A stretch of 64,000 nucleotides of DNA from Octopus sinensis (taxonomy: Eukaryota), in the NCBI RefSeq assembly GCF_006345805.1, contig NC_043007.1, positions 53,506,001-53,570,000 of the forward strand, given 5' to 3'. A program made the translations under genes and the position numbers. Positions 1 through 10,899 of this stretch are shown here, piece by piece. Below the pieces are notes generated by a model. It was not told the origin of the DNA and ran no database searches. It worked only from the letters and a program-made list of their open reading frames with translations. How positions within the stretch are numbered: the first letter of the stretch is position 1; each line of letters starts with the position of its first letter.

Positions 1-1154
1 CTTGTCTGCTTCCTTAATGGTTATATCCTCATCATTTTGAAGTTCTATCAGTTCCTTCCATTGTGTAGTGTTAAAGTTTGAGTTAACTTTCTGTTTATGT
101 ATAGTATGGTAGGGAAAGTTCTCAATGTGGTTACAGAATTCATCAAGATCTTTATTTCTTCCTCTGTGTGGGATGTGTTCACTTTTGTTTTTGACTAGTG
201 ATTCATCTTCAGTATTGAAACTGGTTGATGCTTCTGATAGTCTTAATTTTCTGCAAAATTCTGTTATATTATCCTTGATTTCATTTAGGTTGGCTCTGCG
301 TGGAGTTGGTGTAAATTTGAGCCCTTTTGAGAGGATGTCAATTTTTATGTTAGAAAGAGGTTTGGTTGAGAGATTGATTATCTTCGGTTTTTCCTTATTA
401 CTAGGTTCCAGCCTGTGTCCTGATGTCTCTGATCCCTGGCTAAAAAATGTTGGGTGTAATTTTGTTTGTATGAGTTGTCTGTGAGGTTGTGTGATATTGG
501 GTCGGGGGAATGGTGGTATTGTTGCCCCCGATCGTTGTGTGTGTGTGGGAATCTATGGTTGTTTTTGTTTGTGGTGTGTGTAAAATTTCTGTATGTGAAA
601 TATTTTTGTTTCGAACTGCTTGTATGTGGGATGTTGCTTGACATAGTGTTGTTTTGCGTTTGTCTTGTGTTTAGTGGGGACCAGTAATTTTGGTTCATGG
701 GGTAGTAGCGACTTGTGTGTGGTGTATTTCTTATTCTAGTGTCGTTTTGTGCTGTATGGTGGTTGGGTCTGGTATTAGGATGTTGTTGGTGTGTTCTGTT
801 TTTGTTGTAATTTATTTCATAGACGCGTTGTCTGTCAGCTAGTTCCCTGTTAGGTCTTGCGTGGTTTGCAAAGGTTGGTTGTGGGTGATTTCTGTTTTTA
901 GTGTATGGAGGATAGTTGGGGGTTGTTCGAGGGTTGTTTGGTTTTTCTTTTTTATTTTTTGTAATTTTCTTAAGGAAGGGATTATTTGTACCCAATTCAT
1001 TTTTGAAAGTTGAACTATATTTTTGGAAGAAATCGATGTTTTTCTCCCAGCGCAGGAGAGAATTTCTCTCTTCTTTTTCACAGGTATCCTTCCAATGATC
1101 TAATGTATTTTCGAGGGGTTGTCCCTCGGTATGTTCTTGTATTATATTGTGCAT
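1..1154 (-). mobile_element. Penelope-like retroelement, N-terminal ORF region (runs off the window edge)
   Basis: Manual minus-strand translation of 1..400 gives KPKIINLSTKPLSNIKIDILSKGLKFTPTP...WKELIELQNDEDITIKEADK. The LSKGLKF-P and IKEADK motifs precede the RT in PLE ORFs. ORF 378..1154 is the basic N-terminal part (frameshifted). Confidence 0.75.
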
Positions 1155-1195
1155 CTCCTTTTAAGCCTTCTGTAGTTTTTTCACTTTTTACTATT

Positions 1196-1229
<34 letters not shown>

Positions 1230-2139
1230 CTCTGTACACTCACATACATGTTTGCACACTCACATACAGCATCCATACACTCAAGTACACACACGCCTAT
1301 ATACCCAATCAATTATAATACCTATTACATTGTTATATTAACCCATACATGGGTACATACATATGCCAGTTTCATCAATTGGTCCCCCATGCATAACATC
1401 AATATTAATAGCATGTAGATAAGTGCTAACTGCAAAACGAAGATCAAGCAAATATATAACTAAAAGAGGGTGTAGGGTGTAAAGTTAGTATTAAAATGTT
1501 AAATAATTATTTCGTTTTGCAGGGAGGAGCTTAGTGAAATGGGTAAATCTAATAAGGGGTCTCCATTAAATAGTAGACTAATGCTGACTTAAAGTGGTCT
1601 AGAATAAACTGAAGTGAAACAAACCAACAATGAGTATGGAATGGTAAAGTATGTTACAAAATACAGACAAATTCATTCATGGTGGAGGATCAAGATACTA
1701 TTAAGGGTGTGGTATGGTAGGGGAATGAATACTTGTGCACTCTATAGTCTAAATTTATGTTAAGAGTTAAGAGAACTGGCATTATATGGTTATAAGAGAG
1801 TGTAAAGGTTGTTTTGAGGAGGAGTAAAATGATGCAATATAATATAATTTAGTTATTATGTCTTTAAACTTGGATGGGTTTAGTGTAAGGATATTAATGT
1901 GGGGTTATCTAAACAGGGCCTAGGTTAGTAAATCTATTAACCAAACTATATTGCAAGGTAGCTTATGCCAACATTTAGAATCAAATTCTACTATTTCTAT
2001 GGTGAAGAACTATGGGTGTCATTAATCGAGACAATGCATATTAGATGCCTGAAATCATTTGTATCTAGAGGAAGCAAATTTATCCTTGTGTGGGCAGGCA
2101 TATTTTGCCCTTCTCTTGAGTTAAGTAGTGGAAATCTAG

Positions 2140-2360
2140 CCTTTAATATGAAAAATCTTTCATTGATGCACGAGAGGCATTTCTTCTTTTTTACATTCTA
2201 TGGTGGCAAGGAATTGCCATTCTAAATCAAAACTAATATCTTTATCTTTAAGCTCCTGAATATATTTACTTAATCTGGTCGAGCTAATCTTATTTCTATT
2301 TCTGAAAGTGTGTAGGTGTGGGGCTAATCTTCGCTTCATTTCATTTTGGGTAGCCCCTAT
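2140..2360 (-). mobile_element. PLE GIY-YIG endonuclease C-terminal fragment
   Basis: Minus strand reads (Y)IGATQNEMKRRLAPHLHTFRNRNKISSTRLSKYIQELKDKDISFDLEW. It is cut at the YIG motif by an RTE (GAT)n tail at 2361. Confidence 0.75.
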
Positions 2361-2997
2361 ATCATCATCATCATTTAACGTCCGTTTTCTATGCTAGTAT
2401 GGGTTGGACGGTTTGACTGGGGTCTGGGAAGCCAGGAGGCTGTACCAGGCTCCTGTCTGATCTGGCAGTGTTTCTACAGCTGGATGCCCTTCCTAACGCC
2501 AACCACTCCGTGAGTGTAGTGGGTGTTTTTTTATGTGTCACTAATACAGGGGCCAGAGGAGGCTGGCAAACAGCCATGATCAGTTGGTGCTTTTTACGTG
2601 TCACTGACATGGACGCCAGTCAGGTGGCACTGGCATCAGCCATGTTCGGATGGTGCTTTTTACGTACCACTGGCACGGTTATCATAAGTACAATTTCCAT
2701 TTGAATTTTATTTTGATGTTGGTGTTGATGTACTCAATAGGTTTCCTCAAGCACAATGAGTCACTCTACAATCCAAGGTTAGCACAGCTGGCCATCCTGC
2801 AAGCCATGAATTCACTTCATTTGTCAGGTCTTTGCAGTTACAACATATCTCAGAGGTCTCGGTCTTTCGTCATTTCCACTGTGAGGCCTAACGTGCCACC
2901 GGCATGGGTATCACAACTACAATATCCATTTGAAGTTTTGATGTTGATGTACTTAACTCAATAGGTCTCCTCAAGCACAGCAGGTTACAGTCTGACA
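2361..2997 (-). mobile_element. RTE LINE 3' end (5'-truncated) with (GAT)n tail
   Basis: (CAT)n-CATTTAACGTCCGTTTTCTATGCTAG start matches the 3' ends of the longer RTE copies at 25960, 40303 and 49098. Confidence 0.8.
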
Positions 2998-3030
2998 CTA
3001 AGTGTGTGTGTGTGTATATATATATATATA

Positions 3031-3175
3031 AACAATTGCAGCGTGGAAGGTGTTTGTAAGCCATTTAAGAAACACACAAAAGCCGTTCGATTCACTTCAA
3101 TATGTTGAAGTGAATCGAACGGATTTTTGTGTGTTTCTTAAATGGCTTACAAACACCTTCCACGCTGCAATTGTT
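3031..3175. repeat. Near-perfect 145-bp palindrome (about 70-bp arms, 4-nt loop)
   Basis: AACAATTGCAGCGTGG...CTTCAA-TATG-TTGAAG...CCACGCTGCAATTGTT with one mismatch seen. The right arm plus downstream tail recurs at about 51330..51430. Confidence 0.95.
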
Positions 3176-3229
3176 TTCGTTTCAGCACACGATCTCAGAT
3201 CAAATCACTTGCTATGTGAGTACATCTCC

Positions 3230-3264
<35 letters not shown>

Positions 3265-3269
<5 letters not shown>

Positions 3270-3821
3270 TAACAGAATGAAATAAAAACCCAAGGCTGTG
3301 AAAGATTTCAGAACATTTATAAAGAGAAGGTCTTTCAGCTGTTTCCGGAATATTTTATACATCCCTTCATCGGAGAAGGTGTGAGAAAATGGTTAAGCAA
3401 TAGTTAGAGAAGATATGAAATATAGAGTGAAGTAGAGGAATGAAAACAGACGTGAGATATGCAGGGATATTGTATTTTCAGTTCCAACATGTTTTCATTC
3501 CTCCACCTCACTCTCTATTTCATATCTTCTCTAGAATAACTATTACTTTTCTCGCACCATCTCTGATGAAGAGATATATAAAATATTCCGGAAACAACTG
3601 TAAGACCTTCTCTTTATAAATGTTCTGAATTCTTTCACAGCCTTGGATTTTTATCTCATTCTGTTAATTTTTTTATATATACGCATGCTGATATATGACC
3701 AACGTTGGACTCATTTGCATACTCACCAAACCTGGAGCTTAACTATAGTCTGTCCATAGCACTTACTCAGCATTACCTAACACCTTTGGGTCTTCTTGAC
3801 ACTGTTACCTCTCATAACCTC
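3265..3821. repeat. Foldback element copy 1 (about 410-bp imperfect inverted repeat plus about 150-bp tail)
   Basis: AAAGTTAACAGAATG...AGAGAAGGTCT is mirrored by AGACCTTCTCT...CATTCTGTTAATTTT. The unit is duplicated in tandem at 3862..4412. Confidence 0.9.
3560..3605 (+). ncRNA. Minimal type I hammerhead ribozyme-like motif
   Basis: TCT-CTGATGA-A[GAGATAT ataaa ATATTCC]G-GAAA-C-AACT-G-TA-AGA: core boxes, 3-bp stem I, short stem III and GUA triplet. A related motif lies on the minus strand in the left arm (about 3327..3375). Confidence 0.55.
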
Positions 3822-3853
<32 letters not shown>

Positions 3854-3861
3854 TATATATA

Positions 3862-4412
3862 AAGTTAACAGAATGAAATAAAACCCAAGGCTGTGAAAGA
3901 TTTCAGAACATTTATAAAGAGAAGGTCTTTCAGCTGTTTCCGGAATATTTTATACATCCCTTCATCGGAGAAGGTGTGAGAAAATGGTTAAGCAATAGTT
4001 AGAGAAGATATGAAATATAGAGTGAAGTAGAGGAATGAAAACAGACGTGAGATATGCAGGGATATTGTATTTTCAGTTCCAACATGTTTTCATTCCTCCA
4101 CCTCACTCTCTATTTCATTCTTCTCTAGAATAACTATTACTTTTCTCGCACCATCTCTGATGAAGAGATATATAAAATACCGGAAACATGTAAGACCTTC
4201 TCTTTATAAATGTTCTGAATTCTTTCACAGCCTTGGATTTTTATCTCATTCTGTTAATTTTTTTATATATACGCATGCTGATATATGACCAACGTTGGAC
4301 TCATTGCATACTCACCAAACCTGGAGCTTAACTATAGTCTGTCCATAGCACTTACTCAGCATTACCTAACACCTTTGGGTCTTCTTGACACTGTACCACC
4401 TCTCATAACCTC
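3862..4412. repeat. Foldback element copy 2 (tandem duplicate of 3265..3821)
   Basis: Near-identical sequence with small deletions. Its hammerhead-like motif at about 4154..4195 has stem III ACATGT. Confidence 0.9.
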
Positions 4413-4421
4413 AATATATAT

Positions 4422-4494
<73 letters not shown>

Positions 4495-4499
4495 GTGTG

Positions 4500-4846
4500 T
4501 GTGCTTACTAGACTATATTCTGACTGTTCACTGGTAAATTACATTTTTTCTTTTGCAAGAGTTATCAAGGACACAATTATTTTTATTTCTGAAGTCACAT
4601 AGGTTGTGTTGTGGAGGATAGTTTTTACTTACTACTGGATTGGTGTATATAGATGAATTATTATGAGATGTCTTATGATTAATAGGGTTATTATAATTGT
4701 TATCATTACTATGTTTGGAGTGGTTTCTGAGGTTGTTATTTTTATTGTTATTATTATTGATATTGTTATTATTGTTACTTCTATCTAAATAAAAAAGCAT
4801 GTTTTATTTAGGGAGGAAATGATGTCAGCTAAGTTATGTGTCAGAC
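4500..4846 (-). mobile_element. PLE fragment (linker and Cys-rich motif before GIY-YIG), left part of the element split by Tx1
   Basis: Minus strand gives NLADIISSLNK, then an N-rich linker, then CDFRNKNNCVLDNSCKRKNVIYQ. This is homologous to CSCRDKNLCPLNGACMSETIIYE in the PLE at 19737..20651. Confidence 0.75.
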
Positions 4847-5394
4847 CTATCTTTATTGTTTTACTATTAATAATTTCCGAGTACCTGCTGTACAGTCACC
4901 GGAAGTAACTTGCATATATATATATATATATACACCGGAAATACATCTGCCATCACCAGAGAAAACAAAGCAACTACCCCCAGCGACTTGCCTGACCTTT
5001 CATTGGACAAAAGCTACCTACCTGCCATTCTATTGGACACTGGCTAAACATCACTGCTGATATTTTTGTATAAATAGACATCATAAATCGCTGTAAGGCA
5101 GTTGGTCTTTTGGCTTTTTGCTTTGTTAAAATCCACGTAAGTCTTTGTCGGTCTGTTTCTTGAATATTGTTGTATGAATTTGTGTTGAACTTTTGTTAAA
5201 AAATTGTTTTGTTAAAAAGTGTTATTTTGAACTGTTACTGGTTTTGAACCAGAAAAACATTGTTATTCCCCTCCGTAAGGAGGGGAAAAAATGCTGTGCA
5301 TTGTAGCACAACAAAACACAAAAAAAAAACCCACAATTCTTTAAAAAATGAACAAAGAAAACATTTTTTCATCTGAAAAAATGTCTGGAAAAAA

Positions 5395-6954
5395 ATGTCT
5401 GACGAAGGTTCGCCTTCAAAAGAAACTGTAGTAGGTTCGCCTACATCAAAAATTGCCAAACATACGTCTGAAACAGATGCAACCAAATTGAAAGTTGCTG
5501 AAGGTTCGCATTCTGATAAAGCTGTAATAACAGCTAAAGTTGCTGAAGGTTCGCCTTCTGATAAAGATGTAATAACAGATAAAGTTGTTGAAGGTTCGCC
5601 TTCTGATGAAGCTGTGAAAGCAGCCAAAGTGATTGAAGGGTCGCCTTCCAAAGGAAAACAAAATGATAAGACTATAACATACAATTTCGCAGCCGCTGCA
5701 GGAAGGAAAACAGAAGAAATTAAGATGGAAGAGATAGACTACGAGAGTTATAAAACCATGTTCACAAGGGAGGGGAACAAAGTAAAAGCAGCCCTCCCAC
5801 TAGTAATTAGAGAGGAAACTTTAAAAAGGATTATAATTTACAAGTCATATATAATAAAAGAAAAAAAGATTGAGAAGGTGTCAAAAGAACAAGCAGAGAA
5901 GTGTCTTCAACCAGTATGGAATGACGTGGATTATGTAACGTGGGGGAAAAAGTATGCCACTATAGAAGTGTACTTTAGAGACGAGGAAATGGCGAAAAAG
6001 CATTCCTTGACCCCAATCAAAATGAACGAGATAATTCTTCTACCCTCCTATTTGGGGAGAAGAACATCAAAAATAAGGATCGAAGACATACCCCCAAAAA
6101 TTGAGGTAAAGTGGTTGCTTCCAGCATTATTAATGGAGCTGGAGAGAAAAATAAGAGTGGTAAATATCACAAAAATAAAAAAAGAGAATTGGAGAGGCCA
6201 GACACTACATATAATAATACAGGCAGCCCCAGAAACGCTGGAGGAGGTCCCAGAGAGCATCCAATTCGGCGAGAAAATTAACTTGCGGGTGGTGGTGGAG
6301 GGGCGAAAGCCCCGATGCTACGAATGTGGCGAAAAGGGACACATCCGTATGGAATGCCCCATCCGCAAGAAAGAAGAAGAAAAAAGAAAGGCAGAAGAAG
6401 TGGAGAGATGGAGGAAGAAAAACCAAAGGAAGATGAAAATGCCTTCAAGATGGTAAGGCAAAAGAAAACTCCTAAGAGAAAAAATGTTGACACAAACCCA
6501 CCCAACCCATGCACAAATAAAAAGAAATCAAACACACAGGGGGGAAAATCTACCCCACCCAACCACGGTTCCCCACAAAAGAGAAAAAAGAGATGACTCC
6601 CCAGCCCAACCCGAACCACCCCCACCCCTCAGTGCCGAGCAATTCCCTCCCCTCCTAAACTCCTCCCCATCACCCCCACAAAGCCCCCAAAAAATTGAAT
6701 TCGAGACAGTATTTGTCTCCATAAATACAGAAAACGATAGACTAAAAAAACAAATAGATAAAATCCCAACGGCAAACAAAATTCAGACACACAGGGTACT
6801 CCCCCAAAACGTTAAGGTGTACAAAATCGACAGGATGAACTTTAATATAATAAGAGAGGAGTACCCGGGGGACATTAATGGTCCGCGACTCGACCTGCAT
6901 GAGTCATTATTTAAAGCGGACTTCCCCCCACGACCACCAGAGAAAAAAAACTGA
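5395..6954 (+). pseudogene. Tx1/L1 ORF1 (gag-like nucleic-acid-binding protein), two frameshifts
   Basis: ORF 5395..6456 carries the zinc knuckle CYECGEKGHIRMEC. The reading frame continues via 6315..6596 and 6484..6954, with shifts near A-rich tracts. The N-terminus has 15-aa repeats. Confidence 0.8.
5491..5655 (+). repeat. 45-bp coding tandem repeat (KVAEGSPSDKAVITA, about 4 copies) in ORF1
   Basis: Units start at 5491, 5536, 5581 and 5626. Degenerate GAAGGTTCGCCT cores also occur at about 5404 and 5431. Confidence 0.9.
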
Positions 6955-6965
6955 AAAGGTAAGTA

Positions 6966-9900
6966 ATGTCTCGTATTTATGTAGGGTGTATAAATGTGCG
7001 TGGCCTGATGTCGAACTGGAAGCAAGGGCGCCTCCTAAATGACATCAGGTCACGAGATTTAGATGTTGTTGCCACAGAAACCTGGTTAAAGGGGCCAAGA
7101 GATCTGCTCCCGCTGTTCGACGGTTACGAGAGAATTATCTCTCCGAACCCATCGGCTGGCGGAAGCGGGGTGTTGGTCCTGGGTAAAAAGAACCGGGTTT
7201 CTGAGAAAAAGTTGATTTTTTCAGATCCAGAAGGTAGGCTGGTCGTCATTGATTCGACGTTCAGTAGTTGTAAGACAATCAGGCTGGTTGCGGTTTACGC
7301 ACCCAACCAAAAGGGGCAAAGTGATTATTTTCAGAACCTCGAGAAGTTTCTGAGTACATCGCACCCTTTAGTAATTTTAGGAGACTTCAACACAGTCTGT
7401 GATGCGCGGGTAGACTGCGAAGGCTCACGTACAGATAGGAAAGGTAATGCTTGCTTCCAGGATCTACTAAGACGTTTTGAGCTGGTAGATCCCTATAGAC
7501 TGGAACATCCGAACGCTCCATTGTGGACATGGTCAAGCAGCGACAGATCGTCCAAATCATACATAGACAGGATACTAATTAGAAAGGTAGATAGAAATCT
7601 AGCTAAGAGTCCACAGCTCCACATGGTCAGCTACAGTGACCACAAGATGGTCACCTGTAGGCTAGACATAGATAAGACGAATAGAGGTCCTGGTTACTGG
7701 AAACTTAATACGTCCCTCTTGGCGATTAAGGAGTACAGTGACAGGATTAGGTTAATGATTCAGAGGGCCTTGACCGCATCCATTATTAACAACAAATGGT
7801 GGTATGCCCTCAAGCGAGCCATCAGATACGAGTCTATTAGGTATAGTATTGATCTTGTAGCTAGAGAGGCTAGAAAGGAATCAACACTAGTTAAGGACCT
7901 AGAGGAAGCAATGCGAACTGGCACTGCGGCTCAGGTGAAGGTCAAGAGATTGGTTTTAAACCAGCACCTCGAAGCCAAACACATGGGTTGCATTGTCAGA
8001 GCTAGACAACGTACAATGGGGAGCGAAGGTATCAAGGCCGCAGGATGGGCCCGAGTGGTGGAAGCCCAACGTGGCAACGATGCTACAATTCGATCTCTGA
8101 CGAATCAACAGGGTAAGTTGATAGACGAGCCCGAGGAGATGTGTCAAGCTTTTCAGGACCACTTCGCCCAGCTCTTTGGGGGGAGCGGCGGACCGGATAG
8201 AAGGAGGGACCTAACGGACCTCCTCGACGGGCTGCTGCGCCTCTCGGAGCGGGACGCGAAGTGTAGTGAGGAGCCGATCACACCTGAGGAGGTAATAGAG
8301 GCAATGGCTGACTGCGGTGCGGGTAAGGCGCCGGGACTGGATGGTCTGCCCTACGAGCTTTACAAGAGTATGCCGGACTTGTTCGGGGACTTACTGGCGA
8401 ACGTCTACGCAAACTGGCAACAGAATGGTTTTATTCCCAGATCTGTGCGCCGGGGAGTGGTGACACTAGTCAGGAAGGACCCGAACAAGGGGGATGTCAT
8501 TGATAATTTTAGGCCCATCACTCTGCTTAACGCAGAGCTGAAGATTTTGGCCAAAGTGTTATCGAACAGATTGGCGCGTGTCGCGTGTCACGATTGGGAA
8601 GGCACAAACGTGTGCCGTACCGGGCAGGTCCTTTCAGGATAATCTCCATCTCATTAGATACACTAGAGAGGGAATTAATAACGATCCCGGCAAGGGAGGG
8701 TCAGTGGTCCATTCAGACCAATCAAAAGCTTTCGATAGGGTCGACCATCATTACCTGGTGTCCGTTCTGGCTCAGTTCGGCCTGGGTCTTGGCTTCCTCA
8801 GGTGGATCATTGAAATGTACGACAACGTCGACTCAGTAGTTCGGGTGAACGGCCTTCTTTCTAAGCCATTCAGAGTCAAACGCTCGGTTCGTCAGGGATG
8901 CCCACTCTCCCCGCTTTTGTATGTAGTGGCTCTTGAGCCACTGCTGCGAAAACTGAGTGGCATCCCGAGCAGCCAGGTCGTGAAATGTTGGTTTCGGCGT
9001 ACGCGGATGACATCACTATCATCGTGACCGAAGTGGACCTCCTACGTAAAGTAGGCAAGGCCATAGAGGTTTACGAGACGGTGACAGGAGCAAAAGTTAA
9101 TCGTGAAAAGTCGGTCGGCTTGAAACTCGGCACCTGGAGAGGCAAGTCGGCTACCTACAGACAGCGTCGTGGGACGTTGGACGGAGGATCCGATTAAGTT
9201 GCTCGGGTTTGGTTTGGACCAGACCTCCAAATAGAGAAGAACTGGAGTGAGGTATCGAGCAGGGTGGCTGCAGTAGCCAAGACCTGGTCTTGGCGGTGGT
9301 TATCCCTGAAAGGTAGGGCGGAGGTAGCCAATGTGTTTATCGCATCGGTGATCACCTACCGCCTTGCCGTCGTGCCTTGCCCGGATTCGTGGTTGACCAA
9401 GCTGGAAAGACAGCTCTTTCACTTCTTGTGGAAGGGCTCAAAACCACTTGTGAGACGCTCTATTTGTTGTCAAAAACCGTTAAAGGGTGGACTAGGGATG
9501 CCGTGGCTAATGATGCGCAGAAATGCGCTGAGGTTAAGGCATCTGTGGCTCCATCTGGATGGTGAACGGGTATGGTCTCCGCTGGTGAAACAGATGTTTC
9601 CCAAGTTCACCAGTTTCGGTGGACGGGAAGCCTGGTATAATCGCAGATCGAAGTTGGGTTCATGGTATACGGAGTGTCGCAAGGCACTCCAACTATTCCG
9701 TCGCTCGGGCAATGCCTGCGGCAGTGGTTCTACCGCTGTTTTCTATAGAGGGTTTGTAGAGGCCGGTAGCGATGATACGCTAGGGGAAACCCTATGTTTC
9801 GACGATAATCAGCTGGCCAGTCTGCTCCAACGTACGTTCAGGCCGAGGACCCTGGATAATTTTCAGAAGTCCTTGGCTTGGCAGTGTTACCGAGGAGCCT

Positions 9901-10315
9901 TACCTGTTTGGGACAAACTCGCAAGGCAAGGTGGCCAAGTCAGCCCGACCTGTCTGAGGTGTGGGTGGGACAGGGAAACCGTCTTGCACGTGATCGTACA
10001 ATGTTCGGAGGTGGCAGATATGTGGGTTTTTGCCGAACAACTGTTGTCAAGTGGAGGAGGAGTACAGCTATCAGCTGAATCCATTGTAAAAATTAGCCCA
10101 TGGATTTCTTAACGAAAGAAGGTAAGAATTGTTTTCTCTCTGTGGTTTCAACTGCGAAACAGGTAGTATGGAAGACAAGGATGAAAGGGATGATAACAGG
10201 CGACTTCATCTCTGGTTCTAGTCTGGTGGAATATTTTAAATTCCACCTGAAAAGACAAATAGAACTGGAGAGGAGGGGCCTGAGTAAGAAAGTGTTTGAT
10301 GAAAGGTGGAAATGA
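6966..10315 (+). pseudogene. Tx1/L1 ORF2 (APE endonuclease + reverse transcriptase + zf-RVT), frameshifted
   Basis: Motifs: INVRGL, ATETW, VYAPN, LGDFN, YIDRIL, SDHKMV (APE); KAPGLDG, NFRPITLLN, DQSKAFDRVDH, RQGCPLSPLLY, AYADDIT (RT); CLRCGWDRETVLHVIVQC. Frameshifts occur near 8580, 8975, 9190 and 10100. Confidence 0.92.
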
Positions 10316-10899
10316 ATAAAAGGTTCCTCATAAATACGAGATAGGCCGTAAAAGGAAAAGAAAAAAAACATAAGGTCAAGTGTCGTGGCGGGGATCGTGG
10401 GGTCCGTAGACCCGCCCCATTCCATTTGTAAATCTGTCCAAGTAATTGTATCATCATTCGAAAATTGTATAATTATCATCCAATTTTTAATCGACCCCAA
10501 AACACATTTTAATGTAAAAATCATTTGTGATTGTTTTGTCCTCCCTGTGTTGCCCTTTATGGGTAATAAAGAAAAATCAGTTGGCTTTTTGGCACTCGAC
10601 TGATGTAAATCGTGTCCCTCACGCTCGCCACTCACGCCGCCTCGAATCTTTGTACCGCTATTTCACGCCTGAAATAAATAGCTGTATAAACTTACACCTC
10701 TTGTCTGCTCGTCCTTTCAACTACTGCTTCCGTCTGTCCAGTTTTGCTGATTACGACCACAGTCCTTTTCAGGGCTAATTCAAGTCTGATCTGAATGTGA
10801 TAACAGTCCTTTTTAGGACTATTCTTGGATCGGATCTAATTGCGATAATCGTCCTTTTAAGGGCTACCCTCAGATCAGACCAGAAGTAGTGGCCAAGAA

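Larger units (their letters stand above)
4850..10870 (+). mobile_element. Near full-length L1-group (Tx1-like) non-LTR retrotransposon
   Basis: Contains ORF1 with a CCHC knuckle, ORF2 with APE, RT and C-terminal zf-RVT, a 5' UTR of about 550 bp and a 3' UTR of about 550 bp. Boundaries are approximate. Confidence 0.9.

Noticed and set aside
4840-10881. TCAGACC as target-site duplication of the Tx1 element (4840..4846 and about 10875..10881)
   Set aside because: The PLE reading does not resume immediately after the right copy and part of the PLE seems missing, so a 7-bp chance match cannot be excluded.
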